From positions 2,784,001 through 2,848,000 of the forward strand of contig OY821645.1 in the NCBI GenBank assembly GCA_963682135.1: 64,000 bases of DNA, read 5' to 3'. The stretch's first letter is position 1. Every line of letters starts with the position of its first letter. This DNA comes from Methanothrix sp. Lineage in GTDB: Archaea > Halobacteriota > Methanosarcinia > Methanotrichales > Methanotrichaceae. The notes below the pieces were generated by a model. That model made no database searches. It saw only the letters and a list, made by a program, of their open reading frames with translations, and had not been told where the DNA came from. The position numbers and the translations under genes are program-made. Of the stretch, positions 29,567-38,438 are shown one piece after another.

Positions 29567-29815
29567 TTGTCTGAATACCTTATACCCATTAAGATCGAAA
29601 AACTGGAAGAAGGAGTTTATCTAGCCACAAGCGATACTCTGCAAGGGCTGGTGGCTCAAGGCAGGACAATTGCAGAGACGATGGAAATAGCACAAGATGT
29701 AGCCAGGAAACTTATTGAATCATATATTGAACATGGCGATCCCCTTCCAGATAAGATGACTCCTGCGGCAAGGATTGTCCGGAATATCAAGATACCAGTT
29801 GCAATTACTGTATGA
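29567..29815 (+). CDS. hicB: HicB-family antitoxin
   Basis: YLATSDTLQGLVAQGRTIAETMEIAQDVA..IESYIEHGDPLP. Confidence 0.85.
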   Translation: MSEYLIPIKIEKLEEGVYLATSDTLQGLVAQGRTIAETMEIAQDVARKLIESYIEHGDPLPDKMTPAARIVRNIKIPVAITV

Positions 29816-30027
29816 CGAAAATTCCGGTTCTTACCGCAAGAGATGTCATCAGGGGATTAAAAAGAGCTGGATTTGAATTTGACCGTCAAGCGAAAGGAAG
29901 CCACGAGATCTGGTATAATCCAGACACTAAAAGAAGGACGACAATTCCCAATCATCCTGGCATTGAAATAAAAAAAGGAACGCTCAAGGCAATACTTGAG
30001 CAAGCAGGTCTTTCATTAGAAAATTAA
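29812..30027 (+). CDS. hicA: HicA-family toxin (mRNA interferase)
   Basis: GFEFDRQAKGSHEIW, TIPNHPG.EIKKGTLKAILEQAG; ATGA overlap with hicB. Confidence 0.88.
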   Translation: MTKIPVLTARDVIRGLKRAGFEFDRQAKGSHEIWYNPDTKRRTTIPNHPGIEIKKGTLKAILEQAGLSLEN

Positions 30028-30043
30028 AAACATTTCTGCGGTC

Positions 30044-30160
30044 TACGACTTTCACACAAAGGCACCAAGCCACAAAGAACGCACAAAGAGATAGTCTAAT
30101 CGTTTAGTCCGTCGTCTTTGTGCCTTTGTTTCTTTGTGGTGAGCGTTCGTTGCCACTGGT
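30044..30160. repeat. REP/MITE-like palindromic element (family A, CACAAAG/CTTTGTG)
   Basis: CACAAAGGCACCAAGCCACAAAG ... CTTTGTGCCTTTGTTTCTTTGTGGTGA inverted arms; homologous to 33268-33373. Confidence 0.8.
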
Positions 30161-30235
30161 TATAATTATCAATCTTCAAAGAGAAAGGCTTTCCATTCAT
30201 AATATTATCACTATATCAAATCACTACGAGGCTCT

Positions 30236-31219
30236 ATGTCCCTAACCATCGCCGCCATGCCCGCCTACAACGAGGAGCGCTCCATCGCCAGAATGGTCCT
30301 CGGCTGCCAGAAGTACGTCGACCGCGTGATCGTGGTCGATGACGGTAGCTCTGATGCTACGGCGGAGCTTGCATCCTCTGCAGGAGCCCATGTCGTTCGG
30401 CACGAGTGGAATGCAGGCTACGGGGCGGCTCTTCGCTCCTGTTTTGAGGCGGCCAGAGATTTGGGCGCGGACAGGATGGTTATCATCGACGCTGATGGGC
30501 AGCATGATCCCGATGAGATACCCAAGCTTCTCTCGCCTCTGGACAGGGGAGTGGATCTGGTTATTGGCTCGCGGTTTTGCAGAGGGAACGGCCAGGAGGT
30601 TCCCACCTATCGCAAGGTCGGCATGAAGGTTCTTGATATCACCACCAACTTACTGGGGGGCCTTTCCGTCACCGACACCCAGAGCGGCTTTCGCGCCTAC
30701 GGAAAGAGGGCGATAGACTGTATTTGCATTGACGATGACGGCATGTCAGCCGGCTCGGAGATACTTCTTCAGGCCAAGGATAACCGGCTGAAGGTAGAAG
30801 AGGTGGAGATTCATTGCAGCTACGCTGTGGAGAAGGCCTCGAAGCAGAACCCGGTGAGCCACGGTGTCAAAGTGCTCTTGATCTTGCTGCAGGATATGGA
30901 GCTAAGAAGGCCGCTTTACTATTTCACCTTGCCGGGGATGATATTTGCAGCGGTGGGGATCGGGATCGGGCTTGAGCTGCTCAGGGTCTTCTATCATGGC
31001 GGGCAGCTCAGCTATGGTCTCACCATTCTGATGATACTGACGACTCTGGTGGGATCATTCATGGCTTTTACGGGGATTATTCTGCATGCCATCTCCAAGC
31101 TGATCGATCAATCCATGAAGCGGATGGATGCTTCTCGGAGGGTGAGGACGGAGCCTAGCTCGGGTGGGGTGGCACATGAGAATCGCAGTGGTATTAAGAA
31201 CGCGGCCAGAGATAATTAA
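30236..31219 (+). CDS. GT2 glycosyltransferase (DPM1/AglD-like) with C-terminal TM helices
   Basis: MPAYNEE, VVDDGSSD, IDADGQH, GSRF, DTQSGFRAY. Confidence 0.9.
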   Translation: MSLTIAAMPAYNEERSIARMVLGCQKYVDRVIVVDDGSSDATAELASSAGAHVVRHEWNAGYGAALRSCFEAARDLGADRMVIIDADGQHDPDEIPKLLSPLDRGVDLVIGSRFCRGNGQEVPTYRKVGMKVLDITTNLLGGLSVTDTQSGFRAYGKRAIDCICIDDDGMSAGSEILLQAKDNRLKVEEVEIHCSYAVEKASKQNPVSHGVKVLLILLQDMELRRPLYYFTLPGMIFAAVGIGIGLELLRVFYHGGQLSYGLTILMILTTLVGSFMAFTGIILHAISKLIDQSMKRMDASRRVRTEPSSGGVAHENRSGIKNAARDN

Positions 31220-31384
31220 GATGGCACCGGTGATCCGGGACTGCCGGCGGGAGTGAGCTCCATTGAGATGCTCAACGCGACCAAGCAAATGATATCGCAG
31301 GGCGATGGTTGGAATAACCCTTTTGGTGATGGCAAGGCAAGCAATTTAATCCTAGATTTACTTAAGATATTATATGGTGAGTAA
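31176..31384 (+). pseudogene. Internally deleted UDP-GlcNAc 2-epimerase (wecB) remnant
   Basis: MRIAVVLRTRPEIIKMAPVIR joined to C-terminal ...WNNPFGDGKAS...; roughly 0.9 kb missing relative to 34116-35201. Confidence 0.8.
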
Positions 31385-31386
31385 AC

Positions 31387-31569
31387 ATGGATGAGATTGA
31401 GGTAGTTTATGAGAAAGGTATTTTCAAACCCTTGGGGTTTATCGACCTTAAAGACGGTACTAAAGCAGTTGTAGTAGTGAGACCTAAAGGGATAGCAGAT
31501 GTGCTGGAGAAATTCAGCAGAAAAGTTGACAAGGATGTTCTAAAAGAGTTCCTGGAGGAGAGAAGGTGA
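31387..31569 (+). CDS. AF2212/DUF104-like antitoxin
   Basis: [19 protein letters not shown]; overlaps the PIN gene. Confidence 0.82.
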   Translation: MDEIEVVYEKGIFKPLGFIDLKDGTKAVVVVRPKGIADVLEKFSRKVDKDVLKEFLEERR

Positions 31570-32015
31570 TAGTTGTTGACACTTCTGTTTTTCTTGATGA
31601 ACTCTTCAAATTTGATCAGAAAAGGCATGACAAAGCCAGAATCTTATTCCGACTTATTGAGGAGAAAGACGTTCTAATTGTGGAGCCCGAGATATTTAGA
31701 GTAGAGCTGATTGGGCAGCTTGTTAGAAGGATGAAAAAGGATGAGGCCACTGTATTGTATGAATCCATTGTTGAGCGGCTTGATTTTATCAAAGCAAACG
31801 ATTTAGGAGGGGTTGCTTTTTCAATAGCCTTTGAGACCGGCTCAAGGGCAATCGATGCTTCTTTTATAGCTGCTGCTAAAATAGGGGGTTCTCATTTGAT
31901 ATCAAACGATAAAACGCAGGTAGAAAGTGCAAGAAAGTTCGGAGTTGAAGCCTATTATCTACTTGACGAATTTGAAAATGTTAAAGAAATGATGAAATGC
32001 AGTATAATTTCATAA
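31566..32015 (+). CDS. vapC: PIN-domain (VapC) toxin
   Basis: VVDTSV, conserved [17 protein letters not shown]. Confidence 0.87.
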   Translation: MIVVDTSVFLDELFKFDQKRHDKARILFRLIEEKDVLIVEPEIFRVELIGQLVRRMKKDEATVLYESIVERLDFIKANDLGGVAFSIAFETGSRAIDASFIAAAKIGGSHLISNDKTQVESARKFGVEAYYLLDEFENVKEMMKCSIIS

Positions 32016-32299
32016 AACCACCAGCATCTCATGGTCGGATAACATGCCCAGGCTGACAGAAAGTGCATCTAACGCGCATTCAATGAGCTCTTCTGAGGCG
32101 GATGAGATGGACCAGATGCGAGACAAAAAGCTTTTTAAATCACTACTGAAATTAGGAAAGTACGTAAGAAATCAGTTGCTTGTTGACGGCTAAATCGGTC
32201 ATCGTCTGAATTGAGGCTATGATAAGAGGGGATGACTGGATAGCCGGGGCTTTAGAGATTCTATTTTGATATAACCAAGACAACGAGTTTGATCATATC

Positions 32300-32612
32300 G
32301 GTTTACGATTTTCACCACAAAGCTCACAAAGAATGCACAAAGTTTATTTAGCCGATTCGCAAGCAGAAGTTTTAATTATCAAGCTACTATTTTTACCGCA
32401 GAAACGCAGAGTTAGCCGAGCCACGTAACTTCCCCTAATTAGCACCACTTGAAAAAGGATAGCTCACAACTTTTGAGTAGTAGTCGTCTCCGTCGTTCGT
32501 CCTCCGCGTGCTCTGCGCCTCTGTGGTTTTATTCTCGTTAACCCCTGGTTATAATCATCGATCATGTGGACTAAAACCAACGGCTTACGACGATCACCAC
32601 AAAGCCACAAAT
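32300..32612. repeat. Cluster of family A REP-like half-sites and inverted arms
   Basis: GGTTTACGATTTTCACCACAAAG (32300); ACCGCAGAAACGCAGAG (about 32394) paired with CTCTGCGCCTCTGTGGT (about 32511); GGCTTACGACGATCACCACAAAGCCACAAA (32582). Confidence 0.7.
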
Positions 32613-32658
32613 AACTCTAAAAACATGAGTATTTATACAAAGAGTGTGGAATTTCTGT

Positions 32659-33222
32659 ATGATGAAGCTCATTGCATTTGTATCCGGCAAAGTCCAGGAG
32701 GTTGGCTATCGAGCCAGGATAGTCGATATAGCCAATGCAATTGGCCTCAAGGGCATGGTCGAGAATCAAAAGGATGGCCGGGTGAAGATAATCGCTGAGG
32801 GCGAGGATGAAAAGCTCAAATGGTTTGAGAGTGCCATAGATATAAAGAATACCTTGATCTATGTCTCGTCCATTGAAACGGTATATTCTCCTGCATGCAA
32901 TGAGTTCGACAATTTCGGCAAGCTGGTGGTTAAAGGCGAGACCGACAGTAGGCTAGACACGGCTGCAGTCTATCTAAAAGAGCTCGTTTCTGTGGTCAAG
33001 AATATGAATGATAACCTGGGCGGCAAGATGGACCAAATGCTCGGCAAGCAGGATCAAATGATCGATAAACAGGATCAGATGCTCGGCAAGCAGGACGAAC
33101 TTCTGGATGAAGTCAGGGATATAAACGGGAAGTTCGACAGGGTGCTGGAAAATGATATCGTTGAATTGAAGAACGATATGGCCGAGGTAAAAGCCGCTCT
33201 GAGAGAAAAAGGAATAATCTAA
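32659..33222 (+). CDS. Acylphosphatase-domain protein with heptad coiled coil (copy 4)
   Basis: VSGKVQEVGYR, GMVENQKDGRV; 4 GKxDQM[LI]-type heptads; ALREKGII; TTTATA about 27 nt before the ATG (possibly leaderless). Confidence 0.85.
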   Translation: MMKLIAFVSGKVQEVGYRARIVDIANAIGLKGMVENQKDGRVKIIAEGEDEKLKWFESAIDIKNTLIYVSSIETVYSPACNEFDNFGKLVVKGETDSRLDTAAVYLKELVSVVKNMNDNLGGKMDQMLGKQDQMIDKQDQMLGKQDELLDEVRDINGKFDRVLENDIVELKNDMAEVKAALREKGII

Positions 33223-33267
33223 TAGAGACTGCATGACTTAGTTTCCTTCCGCTTTTTGAGAATACTA

Positions 33268-33373
33268 TGGTTTACGACTTTCACCACAAAGGCACAAAGC
33301 CACAGAGGACGCACAAAGGGATTAAAATGGTTTTAGTCGTTTATGTGCCTTTGTGGTGATCGTCCGTAACCAC
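33268..33373. repeat. REP/MITE-like palindromic element (family A), best-preserved copy
   Basis: TGGTTTACGAC..TCACCACAAAGGCAC ... GTGCCTTTGTGGTGA..GTCCGTAACCA terminal inverted arms. Confidence 0.85.
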
Positions 33374-33469
33374 TGAATATAATCCCCAATTCTCAAATCC
33401 TAAAGAAAGGTTACTTCCCATGCATACTATTAATCCCTCCCAAATACCAAACCGCAGCGAGGCTATATC

Positions 33470-34159
33470 TTGTCTGCTCTGGATCGGGGCATTGACCTGG
33501 TCATAGGCTCGCGGTTCTTCAGAGGGAACGGCCAGGAGGTTCCCACCTATCGCAAGGTTGGCATGAAGGTTCTGGATACCACCATCAACTTCCTGGGGGG
33601 CCTTTCTGTCACCGACACCCAGAGCGGCTTTCGCGCCTACGGAAAGCGGGCGATAGACTGCATTTGCATTGATGACGACGGCATGTCTGCCGGCTCGGAG
33701 ATACTTCTTCAGGCCAAGGATAACCGGCTGAAGGTAGAAGTGGTGGAGATTCATTGCAGCTACGCTGTGGAGAAGGCCTCGAAGCAGAATCCGGTGAGCC
33801 ACGGTGTCAAAGTGCTCTTGATCTTGCTGCAGGATATGGAACTGAGAAGGCCGCTGTACTATTTCACGCTGCCGGGGATGATATTTGCGGCGGTGGGAAT
33901 TGGCATAGGTCTGGAGCTGCTCAGGGTCTTTTATCATGGCGGGCAGCTCAGCTATGGTCTCACCATTCTGATGATACTGACGACTCTGGTGGGGTCATTC
34001 ATGGCTTTTACGGGGATTATTCTGCATGCCATCTCCAAGCTGATCGATCAATCCATGAAGCGGATGGATGCTTCTCGGAGGGTGAGGACGGAGCTTAGCT
34101 CGGGCGGGGTGACACATGAGAATCGCAGTGATATTGGGAACGCGGCCGGAGATAATTAA
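33470..34159 (+). pseudogene. GT2 glycosyltransferase duplicate lacking the N-terminal catalytic ~98 aa
   Basis: Near-identical to the 3' part of 30236-31219; upstream homology (CGAGGCT.TAT) jumps directly to LSALDRG, so the DxD region is deleted. Confidence 0.85.
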
Positions 34160-35201
34160 GATGGCACCGGTGATCAGGGAGTGCCGACGAAGGGGGCTGG
34201 ATCATTTCGTGCTGCATACCGGGCAGCACTACTCCTACGAGATGGACCGGGTATTCTTTGAGCAGCTTGAGATTCCTCCGGCGGAGTTCAATCTGGATGC
34301 AGGATCCGGCACTCATGCCGATCAGACAGGCCGGATCATGACGGGCATCGAGAAGGTGCTGATGAAGACCGAGCCGGATGTGGTCCTGGTGCAGGGGGAT
34401 ACGAATACGGTTCTGGCCGGTGCACTGGCGGCCTCGAAGCTGCATATCAAGGTTGGGCACGTGGAGGCTGGGCTGTGCAGCTACGACCGGAACATGCCTG
34501 AGGAGATCAACCGGATTGTAGCAGATCATATTTCTGATTACCTGTTTGCTCCAACGGAAAATTCCAAATCGAATCTGATAAAAGAGGGAATCGCTGAAGA
34601 GAAGATATCCGTCACGGGAAACACCATTGTTGATTCAGTCTACCAGAATAGAGAGATAGCTGAGAGAAAGGTCAATGTGCTCAAGGATCTGGGGCTGAAG
34701 CCAAAGGAATATTTTCTGGTAACAGCTCACCGGGCGGAGAATGTTGATAATAGAGCCAGGCTGAAAGAGATTCTCAAAGGTTTGGAGCTGATTAGGTGCG
34801 AGTTTGGTTTGCCTGTTATCTTTCCCATGCATCCTCGGACTCGAAAGATGGTAAATGAATTCGGGCTGGGCCTTGACGGCATCAGGGCAATAGAGCCAAT
34901 GGGTTTTCTGGAGTTTCTGCAACTGGAGGCCAATGCCAGGCTGGCTTTGACCGACTCGGGAGGGGTGCAGGAGGAGACATGCATCTTGGGTGTGCCGTGC
35001 GTGACGCTGCGGGAGAATACGGAGAGGCCGGAGACAGTGGATGTTAAATCTAATATCCTTGCTGGGGCTGATGGTGGGACGATTCTGGAAAAGGCAAAGC
35101 AAATCCTGCAGCAAAGCAATAGCTGGAAGAACCCATTCGGAGATGGCAATGCGGGGAGAACAATTATAAGGCATATCGTGCCGCATGAACTCAGCAATTA
35201 G
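34116..35201 (+). CDS. wecB: UDP-N-acetylglucosamine 2-epimerase (non-hydrolysing)
   Basis: GTRPEIIK, HTGQHY, QGDTNT, HVEAGL, HRAEN, TDSGGVQEE, TERPE, NPFGDG. Confidence 0.93.
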   Translation: MRIAVILGTRPEIIKMAPVIRECRRRGLDHFVLHTGQHYSYEMDRVFFEQLEIPPAEFNLDAGSGTHADQTGRIMTGIEKVLMKTEPDVVLVQGDTNTVLAGALAASKLHIKVGHVEAGLCSYDRNMPEEINRIVADHISDYLFAPTENSKSNLIKEGIAEEKISVTGNTIVDSVYQNREIAERKVNVLKDLGLKPKEYFLVTAHRAENVDNRARLKEILKGLELIRCEFGLPVIFPMHPRTRKMVNEFGLGLDGIRAIEPMGFLEFLQLEANARLALTDSGGVQEETCILGVPCVTLRENTERPETVDVKSNILAGADGGTILEKAKQILQQSNSWKNPFGDGNAGRTIIRHIVPHELSN

Positions 35202-35240
35202 TTAGAATAATTATACTATTATTATACGGAGTTTTATTTC

Positions 35241-36224
35241 ATGAATATATTAGATGAAAAAAAAATTTTGATAACTGGCGGCACAGGTTCATTCGGCAAT
35301 GCTTTCATAGATTTTGCTCAGGATTATGATACAAAATTTGTCGTCTTCAGCCGGGATGAAAAGAAGCAGCATGATATGTATATTGAGCGGATGAATGATA
35401 ATATCGCCTATGTAGTCGGAGATATACGCGACAAGGGCAAGTTATTGAAGTATTTCAAGGACGTTGATTACATTCTGCATGCTGCTGCTTTAAAGCATGT
35501 TCCAACCGGAGAAAATTTCCCCGAAGAAGTCATAAAGACAAATATTCTCGGCACGCAAAATGTCATAGACGCCGCGGAAGAATGCGGCGTCGAAAAAATC
35601 GTGAATCTTAGCACAGATAAGGCAGTGTATCCTATAAATGCTTATGGAATGAGCAAAGCATTGGCTGAAAAATTGATCAGTGCTCACAATGGCAACACCA
35701 CATGCATGAGCTTAAGATATGGAAATGTTTTGGGCTCGAGAGGGTCTGTCATTCCCTTGTTCCTGGGCCAAATTAATAATAATAAGCCAATGACTATCAC
35801 AAATTATGACATGACCCGTTTTTTATTACCATTAAACAATGCGGTTTCCCTGGCGCTCAAATGCCTTGAAGTAGGGAATAAGGGCGATCTTTTTGTAATC
35901 AAGCCCCCAGCATCTAGCGTGCGCGCGCTAGTGGATGCATTTGAACTGCATTTCCATAAGCAATTGGAGCAGAAACTTATTGGGGTCAGACCTGGCGAAA
36001 AGATGGATGAGACGCTATTGACCCCCGAAGAGATAATCCGATCTTCAACCATAAAGCAGAATGGAATTATTTATGCCAGGATATCCAGACTGGAAGCGAA
36101 TATTGGGGACTATTTCTACAAGGGCGATGACTTTAAGCCATCTGAGCCATTTACTTCTGCCAATACAATTCAATTGGATGCTGCACAGGTTTTGGATACC
36201 ATTCGTCAGGCGGGCTTGCTATAA
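35241..36224 (+). CDS. UDP-GlcNAc 4,6-dehydratase/5-epimerase (FnlA/CapE/WbjB-like)
   Basis: TGGTGSFG, SRDEKKQ, HAAALKHVP, STDKAVYPINAYGMSK, RYGNVLGSRGSV, GVRPGEK. Confidence 0.88.
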   Translation: MNILDEKKILITGGTGSFGNAFIDFAQDYDTKFVVFSRDEKKQHDMYIERMNDNIAYVVGDIRDKGKLLKYFKDVDYILHAAALKHVPTGENFPEEVIKTNILGTQNVIDAAEECGVEKIVNLSTDKAVYPINAYGMSKALAEKLISAHNGNTTCMSLRYGNVLGSRGSVIPLFLGQINNNKPMTITNYDMTRFLLPLNNAVSLALKCLEVGNKGDLFVIKPPASSVRALVDAFELHFHKQLEQKLIGVRPGEKMDETLLTPEEIIRSSTIKQNGIIYARISRLEANIGDYFYKGDDFKPSEPFTSANTIQLDAAQVLDTIRQAGLL

Positions 36225-36880
36225 AGACTGGAATAACCGGCAGCAAAGGGTTTATAGGCAGTCATCTGACCAAGCATTTGCATGATCCATTATTATTCAA
36301 AGGGGATCTGACAAATATAAGAGATGTCTGTGAGTTCGTCAGCGGCTGTGACAGAATTTACCATCTTGCTGGAAAGAATAGAGAGCAACCTGGAGAAATA
36401 CTCAAGAATAATATCGTATCAACATCCAATTTGATTCTTGCTTGCAAGATCAAGAGAGTAGATCCCGAGATAATTTTTGCATCATCTCAACAGGTTATTT
36501 GGAACAGCGACTCTGAATATGGATTTGTGAAGAGCGTTGAAGAAGAGATCGTAAAAAAGGCTAATAAATGGTGCATATTCAGAATTCCCAATGTTTATGG
36601 ACCGGGATGCAAGCCGTTTTACAATTCCGTGATTGCGACGTTCTGCTATCAGATTTCAAAAGGGGAAAGCGTTACCATCCACGATTCATCAGTAAAGCGT
36701 GAATTCATATTCGTTGATGATTTGGTGGAGCGACTTCTCGATCCGGGATTTAATTCGTTGAAATTGATAAATGGCGAGACCATAACCGTTGGAGAAATTC
36801 ATTCCTTTTTGACGGATAAATTAGGTAGACACAAAAAGCTGGAGAAATGCTTGCAGTCATATAAGCAATTGGCGGATTAG
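36221..36880 (+). CDS. FnlB/CapF-like reductase domain; apparent ATA start
   Basis: In-frame GITGSKGFIGSHL upstream of the first TTG (36278); HLAG.NR, PNVYGP.CKPFYNSVIATFC. Confidence 0.75.
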   Translation: MKTGITGSKGFIGSHLTKHLHDPLLFKGDLTNIRDVCEFVSGCDRIYHLAGKNREQPGEILKNNIVSTSNLILACKIKRVDPEIIFASSQQVIWNSDSEYGFVKSVEEEIVKKANKWCIFRIPNVYGPGCKPFYNSVIATFCYQISKGESVTIHDSSVKREFIFVDDLVERLLDPGFNSLKLINGETITVGEIHSFLTDKLGRHKKLEKCLQSYKQLAD

Positions 36881-37246
36881 ATGTATCCAATTCATAAAAA
36901 TAAAACGGGATTATTTCAGGAGCTGGCCAGAACCAAAGATGTGAAATTCGGCCAGATCAGTCTGCTGGTTATCAAATCAGGATGCTCACGAGGCGGTCAC
37001 TACCACACCAGAAAAGAGGAATGGTTTTGCTGTATCCGGGGACAATGCAGAATGGACTTGCAGAATATTCATTCGCTGGCAACTAAGGACATATTATTTG
37101 ATGAGGCGACAAGAGAGTTCATTAAAGTCGAGCCTTTTTGGAGTCACACTTTGACCAACATAAGTGATGAAAAAGCATGTGACATTATCATAATCATAAG
37201 TGAAGAATATAATGAATTCGACCCAGATACTTTCAAATTTGAGTGA
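36881..37246 (+). CDS. Cupin domain (FnlB/CapF C-terminal 3-epimerase-like) encoded as a separate gene
   Basis: FQELA, FGQIS, RGGHYHTRKEEWF, WSHTLTN, DPDT. Confidence 0.8.
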   Translation: MYPIHKNKTGLFQELARTKDVKFGQISLLVIKSGCSRGGHYHTRKEEWFCCIRGQCRMDLQNIHSLATKDILFDEATREFIKVEPFWSHTLTNISDEKACDIIIIISEEYNEFDPDTFKFE

Positions 37247-38400
37247 TTAGGGGATTGATGTCCGAACTAAAGGTAATGACCATAATGGGCACCAGGCCCG
37301 AGATCATCCGCTTATCGGAAACTATTAAGCGATTAGATAAATATACAAACCATATTCTGGTACACACCAATCAGAACTATGATTATGAGTTGAACAAAGT
37401 CTTTTTTGAGGAGCTCAATTTAAGAAATCCGGATTATCTTCTGGATGTCAAGTCCGCTACAATCGGAGAACAGATAGGAAAGATACTGACCCAAACAGAG
37501 AAGGTCATGATAGATGAAAAGCCGGATGCAATTCTTATTCTGGGAGACACAAATAGTGCATTATCCTGCATAGTAGCTAAGAGATTGAAGATACCAATTT
37601 TTCATATGGAAGCCGGGAACAGATGCTTCGACGATAGAGTCCCGGAAGAGATCAACCGGAGAATAGTTGATCATACATCCGACATTAACATGCCTTATAC
37701 TGAGCATGCTCGCAGAAATCTCTTGCGGGAAGGATTGAGCCCGGAAATCATTTTTGTAACCGGCTCGCCGATGGCAGAAGTACTCAAAGTAAATATGGAA
37801 AAAATTGAAGGATCATCAATATTACAAAAACTTAATTTGGAAAAGGATAGGTATTTCTTAATTAGTATACATCGAGAGGAAAATGTTGATACTATAAGTA
37901 ATCTAAAAATAATATTAGATACTCTAAATTTAATAGCAAATAAATATGGTTATCCTCTAATAATATCTACGCATCCTAGAACTCAAAAACGTATCGATGA
38001 GTTAAAGATTATAAAGAACGACCTGATGCATTTTCACAAGCCATTCGGCATGTTTGATTTCATCAAGTTACAGAAAAATGCCTACTGTACGATATCTGAT
38101 AGCGGGACTATTCATGAGGATGCCGGTATTATGGGGATCCCTGCATTGGTAATTAGAGAAAGCTCTGAACGACCGGAGGCTTTCGATATGGGTAATGTCA
38201 TCCTCACAGGAATTAATTCTCAACAAATCCTTCAATCAATTTATGTTGTAAGAAATCAGTACGACGAGGGCATTAGATTTTCAATACCAGATGATTATCA
38301 GGATATTAATGTCTCTAATAAGGTGATACGTTTAATAATCGGATTGAACAAAATATTACTAAATAAAAAATATTATATTGAACTGCACTCAATCAGATAG
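37243..38400 (+). CDS. UDP-2-acetamido-2,6-dideoxy-L-talose 2-epimerase (FnlC/CapG/WbjD-like)
   Basis: GTRPEIIRLS, QNYDYELN, HMEAGNRCFD.RVPEEINR, HREENVD, SDSGTI; context after fnlA/B-like genes. Confidence 0.87.
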   Translation: MIRGLMSELKVMTIMGTRPEIIRLSETIKRLDKYTNHILVHTNQNYDYELNKVFFEELNLRNPDYLLDVKSATIGEQIGKILTQTEKVMIDEKPDAILILGDTNSALSCIVAKRLKIPIFHMEAGNRCFDDRVPEEINRRIVDHTSDINMPYTEHARRNLLREGLSPEIIFVTGSPMAEVLKVNMEKIEGSSILQKLNLEKDRYFLISIHREENVDTISNLKIILDTLNLIANKYGYPLIISTHPRTQKRIDELKIIKNDLMHFHKPFGMFDFIKLQKNAYCTISDSGTIHEDAGIMGIPALVIRESSERPEAFDMGNVILTGINSQQILQSIYVVRNQYDEGIRFSIPDDYQDINVSNKVIRLIIGLNKILLNKKYYIELHSIR

Positions 38401-38438
38401 CTATACGCCAAAATTGCATAAGTAGTGAGCTGCTAAAT

